Shown here: piece after piece, positions 20,905 through 29,387 of the stretch
Position numbering within the stretch: the stretch's first letter is position 1
Layout: each line of letters starts with the position of its first letter
NCBI GenBank assembly: GCA_019429125.1
Contig: JAHYJO010000005.1
Coordinates: forward strand, 1-63,862
Origin: Nanobdellati archaeon
Lineage (GTDB): Archaea > EX4484-52 > GLR71
Reading direction: 5' to 3'
DNA length: 63,862 nt
The notes under the pieces: generated by a model
What the model was told of the DNA's origin: nothing
Database searches by the model: none
Seen by the model: only the letters and a program-made list of their open reading frames with translations
Program-made: the position numbers and the translations under genes

Positions 20905-22371
20905 ATGGGTAAAACACAGTCAGTTGATATGGATAAATATATAATAGGTAGCTACACCCATAAGCAGTTATCTCCAGGCAGAATCCTTGTGACAGCACCA
21001 CACGGTGGTTGGGCAATATTAGATGACAAAGAATTCAAGCTTTTAAGGTTGGGAGAAGTTGAGAAAGACTCTAATTTATATTCACTTCTATTTAACGAGG
21101 GCATAATCCTTTCAGAAAATAACATTCCTTTTGCGACAAATCAGTGCAGAAACAAATTCATTCAACTCTCAATTGCGACAACACTACACATCTTGACACC
21201 CACCTTAAGATGCAACCAGAAATGTGTATACTGTTATGCTGCATCAAAACCCGAGAACGACAAGACTTACGATATGACAGAAGATACTGCAAGAGCAGTT
21301 GTTGATTTCATATTTCAAGCACCATCCAATAAACTTACAATTGAGTTTCAGGGCGGAGAACCGCTTCTTAATTTTGATATTGTTAAGTTTGTAGTTAAAT
21401 ACGCAAAAGAAAAAGCTAAACAGACAAAAAAAGATATTAATTTCAGGATTGTGACAAATCTAACCATCATGGACGACGAGAAACTGTCATGGCTTGTCGA
21501 AAACAAGATACTATTAAATTCATCTTTTGACGGTCCAAAGATAGTCCATGACAAAAATCGTTTCTATGATAACGGAAAAGGAACCTATGATGAAGTTACT
21601 GCCTGGATAAAAAAACTTAAAGATAAAGATATACATGTAGGCTTTATGCCTACAATAACACGACATTCACTTCCTTACTGGAAAGAGATTATTGATGAAT
21701 ACCTAAAATATGGACAGAACAGGTTCTGGGCGCGACGGATGAATGTTGGCGGGTTTGCAGTAGATACCTGGAACAAGATAGGTTATACTTCAGAGGAATA
21801 TCTTGATTTCTGGAAAAAAGGACTTGATTACATAATAGAGCTTAACAAGGATGGTAAAGAAATAGTTGAGGGCACAATTAACATCTTCCTAAAAAACATA
21901 ATCTTCTCAAAAAAGTATCAGGGTTTTGTATGTCTTGCGTCCCCCTGTGGTTGCGCATGGTCTCAAGTTTCATACAACTACAAAGGTGACATCTACACAT
22001 GTGACGAGGCAAGAAGCTTTGATGTTTTCAAGTTAGGAAATGTAAAAGAGACAACATATAAGGATCTTTATTCATCATGGGATGTCTTAAACATTGTTGA
22101 TATGACAACAGGTGAATCTTTTGATTGCGCAGAATGTGTATATCATCCATTCTGTGGACCATGTATAGTTGACGAATACGGTGAGCACGGTAACATTATA
22201 AAGAAACCGAATTCATTCAATTGCCGAGTGAAAAAAGGTATTTTTGAACACATCTTCAACAACTTGATGGAAGACAAAGAAAAATGGGACATTGTGAAAG
22301 GTTGGCTGATAAATTCTGACAAGAAATCATGCACACCCGATAAAGACTGTAAATGCAAAGAAAAATCTTAA
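20905..22371 (+). CDS. hxsB: His-Xaa-Ser system radical SAM/SPASM maturase HxsB
   Basis: LHILTPTLRCNQKCVYC, TIEFQGGEPLLNF, SPCGCAWSQVSYNYKGDIYTCDEAR and CAECVYHPFCGPC, with an N-terminal extension. Confidence 0.85.
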   Translation: MGKTQSVDMDKYIIGSYTHKQLSPGRILVTAPHGGWAILDDKEFKLLRLGEVEKDSNLYSLLFNEGIILSENNIPFATNQCRNKFIQLSIATTLHILTPTLRCNQKCVYCYAASKPENDKTYDMTEDTARAVVDFIFQAPSNKLTIEFQGGEPLLNFDIVKFVVKYAKEKAKQTKKDINFRIVTNLTIMDDEKLSWLVENKILLNSSFDGPKIVHDKNRFYDNGKGTYDEVTAWIKKLKDKDIHVGFMPTITRHSLPYWKEIIDEYLKYGQNRFWARRMNVGGFAVDTWNKIGYTSEEYLDFWKKGLDYIIELNKDGKEIVEGTINIFLKNIIFSKKYQGFVCLASPCGCAWSQVSYNYKGDIYTCDEARSFDVFKLGNVKETTYKDLYSSWDVLNIVDMTTGESFDCAECVYHPFCGPCIVDEYGEHGNIIKKPNSFNCRVKKGIFEHIFNNLMEDKEKWDIVKGWLINSDKKSCTPDKDCKCKEKS

Positions 22372-22376
22372 GATTC

Positions 22377-23369
22377 CTAATCAACTTTTCCGATTTCATC
22401 AACAAATTCCTTTGCACTTGTTATTTTTTCACCTAAAACTGGCTTAAATTCTGAAATACCAAAAACATCCGGATACTCTTTCCAGACACCCATACACACA
22501 TTAAAATATTTGCATTGTTTGCAGACATTGAATTTAGTGCGTCTGCCTACCTCAAGATCAAACAGTATACTTTCTTTAGAGTTATCATTATCGCGTATAC
22601 TTTTATCTGCCTCAATTGATGTGATAATGCTTGTCTGTATATCATAATTATATTTTTCATATCCTTTCATAAAACAGAAAGGTATTGCGCCAAATTTAAT
22701 ATCTAATCCTAATTTAACTGCATAATCTATAGCTTTTTTGATGTGTGGTGCAATTTCAGTATGGTTCACTGCCACATCTTTCCAATTGATAAGAAGATTG
22801 CCGTTCATCTGCGGGGCTGATAAATTATACTGTTTTGCACCGATATCTTTTGCAAGTTTTGCAATGTTAACAACATCTGTATAATTATATTTATTTATAA
22901 CCGTCTTTATATTAATATTTTTGCACCCAACATCAACAAGATTCAGTATTCCTGTTATCGTTTGTCTAAAACTGCCACTGATACGAGTAATCATGTCATG
23001 AACTTCTTCTTTAGTGCTATGTATAGGTATTGTGACAGACAAATCTGGTTTTATATGCATTATATTTTCACTGAATTTCTTGTCAGCAAAAGTCCGACCA
23101 TTGCTCTGTATAGACACTTTCATTTTATTTTTTTTAACACATTGTGCAAGTTCTAAAAAATCAGGTCTTATAGTTGCTTCTCCACCTGTGAAAGTTATTG
23201 ATTTGTATCCATCTTCAGCATATTTATTAATTGCTTTTTCAAGTTGAGAAAAAGTTTTGTCAAGTGGTAATTTTCGTGTTTTCAAACCCTCTCGTGTATT
23301 TTCCATAAAACAATGTATACATCTGTTGTTACAGGTATGTCCGACTATAAGATCTACATGTTTTGGCAT
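22377..23369 (-). CDS. Radical SAM protein, HxsC-like (paralog 2)
   Basis: CNNRCIHC, FTGGEATIRPDF, IQSNGR and CKQCKYFNVCMGVWKEY. Confidence 0.85.
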   Translation of the reverse strand: MPKHVDLIVGHTCNNRCIHCFMENTREGLKTRKLPLDKTFSQLEKAINKYAEDGYKSITFTGGEATIRPDFLELAQCVKKNKMKVSIQSNGRTFADKKFSENIMHIKPDLSVTIPIHSTKEEVHDMITRISGSFRQTITGILNLVDVGCKNINIKTVINKYNYTDVVNIAKLAKDIGAKQYNLSAPQMNGNLLINWKDVAVNHTEIAPHIKKAIDYAVKLGLDIKFGAIPFCFMKGYEKYNYDIQTSIITSIEADKSIRDNDNSKESILFDLEVGRRTKFNVCKQCKYFNVCMGVWKEYPDVFGISEFKPVLGEKITSAKEFVDEIGKVD

Positions 23370-23420
23370 AATTTTATATATAGACTACATTTTAAAAAGT
23401 TTTGCAACTAAAATATATTT

Positions 23421-24428
23421 ATGTCTGGCTTTAGTTTCTGGGTACCATTCAATGGTGATTTCAAACTTCTTGAAGAATTAAAGGTACATTTTGCAAATGA
23501 TATAAATGGTAACAAGATAGAAGGTCTCTATTTTCCAGCATCTCAAGAATATTTCGGTTCAGCCAGAGTAGTCAAGAAATTAACAATAGATAACGCAAAA
23601 AAAGTAATTGATTTTTGCAAAAACATGGGCTGGAAATCAAACATGCTTATGAATTCAAGTTGTGGTGGTGCTGATTGGTATTCACCAAAGACAATATCAA
23701 AAACACTTTTATTAATTAAAAATATGAAACTTGCAGGTTTAACCTCAATTACTATTACAAATCCAATATATCTTCAAAAGATAAAAAAAGAGATACCTGA
23801 TATAAACATAATTGTATCAGTAATTTCTGAGATTGAATCAGTCCAGAGAGCTAAATTTTTTGAAGATTTGGGTGCGGATTCATTTGTCCCAGACCGCGAT
23901 ATAAACCGCAATCTTGAACTTTTAAAAGAAATAAAAGATTCAACTGACATGAACATGATTCTGATGGTAAATGAAGGCTGTCTTTACAGATGTCCTCAAA
24001 GAAACATCCATTATAATTTCATATCACATTGGTCAACAACAGAAAAAGAGAAATATTCAGATTTTATGACAAATTATTGTGTCAATTTAAGGGGGGTAAA
24101 ACCCGAAGAACTACTTAAAATGCAATTCATCCTTCCTCAACATCTAAAACATTATGCGTGTATAACATCCTCATTTAAAATTGTGGGTAGAACAAGGTCA
24201 ACAAAAGATATATTACAGATAACAAAAGCATATCTGGCAGAAAAATGGGATGGCAATATTCTTGATTTAATGTCAAGTGCAACACCTTCTGTACGAGACA
24301 AATATGGTTATGGTATCTCTGCAAATACATTGGATGATATCTTTTTCAAAAAAGTCACAACATGTGATAACAATTGTGAAAAATGCAATTTCTGTAAGAA
24401 TTTTACAGAGAATATCTCATCTTCTTGA
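23421..24428 (+). CDS. Peptidase U32-family Fe-S protein (probable hydroxylase-type enzyme)
   Basis: NMLMNSSC, VSVISEIES, PDRDINRN, LMVNEGCLYRCP, FKIVGR and C-terminal CDNNCEKCNFC. Confidence 0.75.
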   Translation: MSGFSFWVPFNGDFKLLEELKVHFANDINGNKIEGLYFPASQEYFGSARVVKKLTIDNAKKVIDFCKNMGWKSNMLMNSSCGGADWYSPKTISKTLLLIKNMKLAGLTSITITNPIYLQKIKKEIPDINIIVSVISEIESVQRAKFFEDLGADSFVPDRDINRNLELLKEIKDSTDMNMILMVNEGCLYRCPQRNIHYNFISHWSTTEKEKYSDFMTNYCVNLRGVKPEELLKMQFILPQHLKHYACITSSFKIVGRTRSTKDILQITKAYLAEKWDGNILDLMSSATPSVRDKYGYGISANTLDDIFFKKVTTCDNNCEKCNFCKNFTENISSS

Positions 24429-25301
24429 CTGTCCAAGTATCAAAGTTTCTTCAACACATGAATACTCTTTCATATTCTCAACAACTTTTGCTATAATAGT
24501 CTGTATATTATCTTTGAATTCAATAGAGGTCTCATTATTATTACATTTGACATAAAATTTTTCATCAGGATTGATATATGAATATTCAATAATCTCATCA
24601 TAGTTCTTGCTCTCATAAATTTCGTTTTCTTTTTTAAAATTCTGTGAAAACTCATTAAATTTCTCCGAAAATGCATACGAAAAGCCCATCTCAAGATTAA
24701 CAAAGACATTTGTATCTGTTTCATGTATAAAATTACCTTTAAGGACAATCATAATCTCTTTTGTGTCTTGTTCTATATATGAAAATGTGGTATATAAGGT
24801 TACAAGCTTAAATTCTTGTATTTCCCTTGGCATATTTTCAATCATTCTAAAGTATGCAAGATGACCAAAACTTTTGTCTGTGTGTATAATGTTCTTAAAT
24901 ATTTTCATCATTTTTTCATTCTGTGTCATATCACTTAAACTTAGTATATTTGAATCAATATGACTATTGGTCTGTATTAATGTAAACAGAGAATTCTCCA
25001 TTCTCCAGGAAATATATGTTCTTGATTTTTCAATCATTTTTTTTGCAATAATAAATTGTGGTATATATCCGTAATATATTTTTGTGTTTTCTACATCACA
25101 ATCCTCAATAAATTCCAGTTCTGAAACATCTACGTTTTCTTCTTTTAACAACAGAAATGTATCATTTTTGTCCTGATAAACGCAACCATAACGTAAATGT
25201 TTAATATCTCTAAGATTATTGATTATAAATTCTCCAACTTTATATCCATTGTCTGAGATGTCTGGAAGAATTGACCACTTTTCAGATATTAACTCCTGCA
25301 T
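24417..25301 (-). CDS. Hypothetical protein (294 aa) inside the Hxs cluster
   Basis: Long ORF convergent with, and overlapping, the U32 gene end. No motif recognised. Confidence 0.65.
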   Translation of the reverse strand: MQELISEKWSILPDISDNGYKVGEFIINNLRDIKHLRYGCVYQDKNDTFLLLKEENVDVSELEFIEDCDVENTKIYYGYIPQFIIAKKMIEKSRTYISWRMENSLFTLIQTNSHIDSNILSLSDMTQNEKMMKIFKNIIHTDKSFGHLAYFRMIENMPREIQEFKLVTLYTTFSYIEQDTKEIMIVLKGNFIHETDTNVFVNLEMGFSYAFSEKFNEFSQNFKKENEIYESKNYDEIIEYSYINPDEKFYVKCNNNETSIEFKDNIQTIIAKVVENMKEYSCVEETLILGQSRR

Positions 25302-25345
25302 GTATTAAATACCAACTCATACATATTTAAACATTTGTATACTTA

Positions 25346-26419
25346 TTGTTTAATATGTTTGATCAATTTATATTTATGGATTATATTCGGATAATTGTTC
25401 TGATCCTATTTTCAGCATGCATAATAAGTACCGATATAAAACTAAAAAAGATATACAATAAAGATATAATTTTGATGTCTGTAGTAGGATTTATTTTTTT
25501 CCTATTTGGTCTTAACTTTGATCTTTTACCTTCCCTTTTAACAAATTTCAGTCTTGCATTACTATTTGGTATCTTTCTCTGGAAAATAAATATCTGGAGT
25601 GCTGGTGACGGAAAACTGTTTGCAGCATGTTCACTTTATCTCCCATATAAAATGTACCTTCCATTTTTTTCATCACAGTTGATAGTGATTAATGTATTTA
25701 TCCTTGCTTTTTTATTCTGGCTTGTTCCTATGATTTTTAAGACAAAAAGACATGAAAAGATAGATTCATTTAAATTAAGTTTTGCACCAAAGAACATAAT
25801 AAACCTGTCTCTTGTACTTTTCGGTGCCTTTTATTTTATTTGGCAAGGTGTATATCTATTGGGTCTAGGTCTTTATTCTGGTAGTTTCTTGATAAGCCTT
25901 GCGATATCACTTATTACATTTGCAGTACTGCGGAAACTTTTAACTTCCAAAGTAACGTATGTATTTTTGATTCTGGCTTTAGCACGACCATTTTTTGATC
26001 CATCTTTTGCATCGTTTGAAACTCTATTGACTCTTGTTTTGACTATGTCTGCACTTCTTTTTGCAGGTACGGTCGGAAACCTTTCTATGTATATATCTTA
26101 TTCTGAAAAAAAACTTTCGGACATGGGCGTGGGTGATATACCTATCGGTGTACTGGCTAAAGGAAAGAACAAGATAGATGATTTTGGACTATTTATGGGA
26201 AAAGAGTTCAAAAATAAAGAAAAAATACTAAAAACTGGTTTCACATTAGATGATATAGCCAAAGCAAAAAAGATAAGGAATATAGATGGTTTCATAGTAA
26301 AGAAGACAATAAGTTTTGCACCCCTTCTTTGTATCGCCACATTTGTGACAATTTTATTAGGTACTGATATATTACTTTATCTTGCTTCATTAATATATGA
26401 CGGTTGGTTTTATGGATAA
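25346..26419 (+). CDS. A24-family prepilin/preflagellin peptidase (polytopic membrane aspartic protease)
   Basis: STDIKLKKIYN (Asp1), WSAGDGKLF (GxGD-type Asp2), C-terminal ISFAPLL, and many transmembrane segments. Confidence 0.82.
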   Translation: MFNMFDQFIFMDYIRIIVLILFSACIISTDIKLKKIYNKDIILMSVVGFIFFLFGLNFDLLPSLLTNFSLALLFGIFLWKINIWSAGDGKLFAACSLYLPYKMYLPFFSSQLIVINVFILAFLFWLVPMIFKTKRHEKIDSFKLSFAPKNIINLSLVLFGAFYFIWQGVYLLGLGLYSGSFLISLAISLITFAVLRKLLTSKVTYVFLILALARPFFDPSFASFETLLTLVLTMSALLFAGTVGNLSMYISYSEKKLSDMGVGDIPIGVLAKGKNKIDDFGLFMGKEFKNKEKILKTGFTLDDIAKAKKIRNIDGFIVKKTISFAPLLCIATFVTILLGTDILLYLASLIYDGWFYG

Positions 26420-27788
26420 GAAAAAGAAAAAGAAAAAGATTATACTTGTGATTTTTATATTATTAATATTAGTTTTATCTTTGTTTATATTCTATATAGG
26501 GGATACAAATAATTCCGCAACAATGACACATACAAACGGCGAACTCATCTGGCCGACATACAAGCATGATTTTTCAAGAACAGGAAATCTTAACTTAAAA
26601 GAATATGAAATAACAGATGGTTTAAGTATGAGTACGGTAAGTAGCAATGCTCCCGAAAGTATAAACCAGGAATTCTTTGAAACAGGAGATAACCCTTCTC
26701 CAATTTTTGTTGATGTAGACAATGATGGTGATGACGAAGTCATAAGCTATTATAAAAATGTAGTATATGACAAGAAGGCACACACAAGACCTTTCAGAGA
26801 TTTTGTAATGCTCATAGACTACAAGGAAAATCCGACCATGCTTGAGAAATTAGAATTTGGGGAAGTCCCCTTCAGGCGAAAATGGATATTTATCCCAGGT
26901 GGCGAGGTCCATACCTCATTTGCAGCAGGTGACATTGATAATGATAATGATATTGAGATCGTTTTTGGCAGTGATGACAATTATTTATATGCACTTGATG
27001 GAAACGATGGTAAACTGGAATGGAAATTCAAGGCTGAAGACAAGATACGGTCAAGCCCAGCAATAGGCGACATTGATTCTGATGGAATTCAGGAAATAGT
27101 TTTTGGCAGTGACGACGGTTATCTGTATGTTCTTGATGGGACTAATGGAAAACTAAAATGGAAGTTCAAAGCAGGAGATAAGATTCAAAGCAGTCCTACT
27201 TTATTTATTGATAGGGGTGTGCAAGTAACATTCGGGAGTGATGATAAACATATTTATGTTCTTGATGGATATGGAAAAAAGATATGTGATTTCAAAGCGG
27301 AGGGGATAATAAAATCATCGCCCTTAATATATAACGACAACATTGTCTTTTCTGACGTTGATGGAATTATATATTATCTCTCAAAATCATGTAAACTAAA
27401 TGACAAATTTAAAACAGGCGGAAACATTTTAGGTAGTGGCACAATATTTAAAGACCAAGTAATATTTGCAGCAGATGATGGTATGTTATATCTAACAGAT
27501 CCTAAAGGTATAAATGAGCTGATAAACGTGTTTTCTCCTTCAATTTCTACACCCGTCAATATTGCAGATAATTTTATATTTTTATCAACAACTGATGGGG
27601 AACTGATTTCTGTAAATGATACAGGTATTTACACACATTTTAAAAACAACCAGAGTATAGATTTCTCATGTTCTCCGTCTATTGGTGTGATTCAAAAAGT
27701 ACTTAGTTATTCTTGTTTTTATGTACAGGTTGATAATTACAAAAATTACGCAGGGATATTTGTGAATTCATTTATGTATTTATTATGA
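26412..27788 (+). CDS. Membrane-anchored PQQ-like/FG-GAP beta-propeller protein
   Basis: Poly-Lys then a transmembrane helix, WPTYKHDFSRTG, and repeated GDIDxDxxxEIVFGSDD.YLYxLDG..GKLxWKF. Overlaps both neighbouring genes. Confidence 0.8.
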   Translation: MDKKKKKKKIILVIFILLILVLSLFIFYIGDTNNSATMTHTNGELIWPTYKHDFSRTGNLNLKEYEITDGLSMSTVSSNAPESINQEFFETGDNPSPIFVDVDNDGDDEVISYYKNVVYDKKAHTRPFRDFVMLIDYKENPTMLEKLEFGEVPFRRKWIFIPGGEVHTSFAAGDIDNDNDIEIVFGSDDNYLYALDGNDGKLEWKFKAEDKIRSSPAIGDIDSDGIQEIVFGSDDGYLYVLDGTNGKLKWKFKAGDKIQSSPTLFIDRGVQVTFGSDDKHIYVLDGYGKKICDFKAEGIIKSSPLIYNDNIVFSDVDGIIYYLSKSCKLNDKFKTGGNILGSGTIFKDQVIFAADDGMLYLTDPKGINELINVFSPSISTPVNIADNFIFLSTTDGELISVNDTGIYTHFKNNQSIDFSCSPSIGVIQKVLSYSCFYVQVDNYKNYAGIFVNSFMYLL

Positions 27789-28768
27789 TGCAGGGGATAC
27801 AAATGAATTGTGATGTTAATTCTGTTAATTTGCGAATTGGTTATTTTTGTAATAATAATTGTAGTTACTGTATGATTGATGAGAACAAAAAGAAGTTATT
27901 AAAACAAGACAAACCTATATTCTTAACATTTGATAAAATCAAATTACAACTTAATGATTTAATCAAAAAAAAATTAAAATCAATCACACTTACTGGTGGC
28001 GAACCAACAATTAGAGATGATTTTTTTGAAATTTTATATTTTTTAAAACAAAATAATTTTGTTGTAGAACTCGAAACAAACGGTCGTATGTTTGCAGACA
28101 CAACTTTTGCAAAAAAGACAATAAATATCTTTCCGGATTTATATTTTGAAATATCTTTACTTTCCACAATACCTGAGAGTCATGATATGTTAACACGGGT
28201 GTCAAATTCATGGAAACAAACAACAACAGGTATTAAAAATTTAATTAAATTAGGTGTGACTGAGTTTAATATTATTGTTGTAATTACAAAACAGAACTAT
28301 AAGGATATCAAAAATATACCACAATATCTTAAAAGTTTAGGTGATGTTAAATGGACAATTGGTTATACCTTTCCTATGATTCAAGGTAATGCAAAACTAC
28401 ATAGTGTGTTAATAATTCCAAAATATGAACAGATTCAAAAATATCTTTTTGAAAGCATAAAGAATGCATTAAACCTCGGTATTAATTTTAATTTATTTAA
28501 TATGCCTTTTTGTGTTATTGAAGATTATATTAAGTATAGTGTAGAATTTAATAATAATTTAGCACATACTGATTTGTTATTATATGAGTTGGAAGACTCT
28601 ATTAGTACTTGGAACAAGGAACGTATTAACTCAAAAATCAAATGTATATCGTGTAAATCTTGTAAATATTTCAGGTTATGTGAGGGGGTTTGGAATAGAT
28701 ATATTAAAATGTATGGTGTGGATGAATTAGTGCCAATTAAGGGAAAACAAATAAATACCCTTCTATAA
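27785..28768 (+). CDS. Radical SAM protein, HxsC-like (paralog 3)
   Basis: CNNNCSYC, LTGGEPTIRDDF, LETNGR and CKSCKYFRLCEGVW. ATGA overlap with the upstream gene. Confidence 0.85.
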   Translation: MMQGIQMNCDVNSVNLRIGYFCNNNCSYCMIDENKKKLLKQDKPIFLTFDKIKLQLNDLIKKKLKSITLTGGEPTIRDDFFEILYFLKQNNFVVELETNGRMFADTTFAKKTINIFPDLYFEISLLSTIPESHDMLTRVSNSWKQTTTGIKNLIKLGVTEFNIIVVITKQNYKDIKNIPQYLKSLGDVKWTIGYTFPMIQGNAKLHSVLIIPKYEQIQKYLFESIKNALNLGINFNLFNMPFCVIEDYIKYSVEFNNNLAHTDLLLYELEDSISTWNKERINSKIKCISCKSCKYFRLCEGVWNRYIKMYGVDELVPIKGKQINTLL

Positions 28769-28775
28769 TTATATT

Positions 28776-29159
28776 TTAACCATAATTCAAATATACATAA
28801 TTCTTGTGAGCTACGTTAACACTACCATGCCACCCCCCCCAACCATCATCACTATCATGAGAATCATGAGACGAATGTCCACTGCAATGACTTTCTGGCA
28901 CTCCATCTGCAGAACTATGTACACCCCACCCTACCGCCCCCCCACTACCATGTCCAGGATCACAATGATCGTGCAATGCAGAAAGCTGTGCACCTGCAAC
29001 GACTTTTGAAAGAAAACCGACAACATCAATACCTGCAAGCAATGCTCCCATAGAGATTAATGTCTGTTTTGATGCTCCACCTTTTTCTTCAAGCATGAAT
29101 GATTTTAAATCTTTTTTTATTGCAGGAATAAGATTATTCTTAACAGTCTTCTTTTGCAT
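28776..29159 (-). CDS. His-Xaa-Ser repeat precursor peptide (HxsA-like) with pilin-like leader
   Basis: Seven HxS triplets (HGS, HSS, HCS, HSS, HDS, HDS, HGS) in a Gly/Trp-rich C-terminal half. A basic leader FMLEEKG|G is followed by a hydrophobic stretch. Confidence 0.8.
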   Translation of the reverse strand: MQKKTVKNNLIPAIKKDLKSFMLEEKGGASKQTLISMGALLAGIDVVGFLSKVVAGAQLSALHDHCDPGHGSGGAVGWGVHSSADGVPESHCSGHSSHDSHDSDDGWGGWHGSVNVAHKNYVYLNYG

Positions 29160-29387
29160 AACATTATTATTTGTATGTCATGTATATAAATGTTTATCTT
29201 TTTAGGCACTGTTCAAAAAGTGAGTGATGGCTAAGAATGTATAAAAGAGCAAAAACCTAAGTTATTTTACTACAAAAAACAGGTTTTGCTCTATGACTAA
29301 TATACAGATGTGTCTTAATAACTTTAACGGTGTTGAACGATTGCTCAGCATATTTCCTCAAAGCAATGACTTTGAGTTTACTTCTAA

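Noticed and set aside
25346-26419. Archaellum or type IV pilus operon
   Set aside because: No assembly ATPase, TadC/FlaJ platform or canonical pilins/archaellins are present in the window.
29070-29105. Double-glycine (C39) leader at EEKGG
   Set aside because: It lacks the LSxxELxxIxGG pattern and no peptidase-ABC transporter is nearby. Kept only as an alternative to the pilin-like reading.
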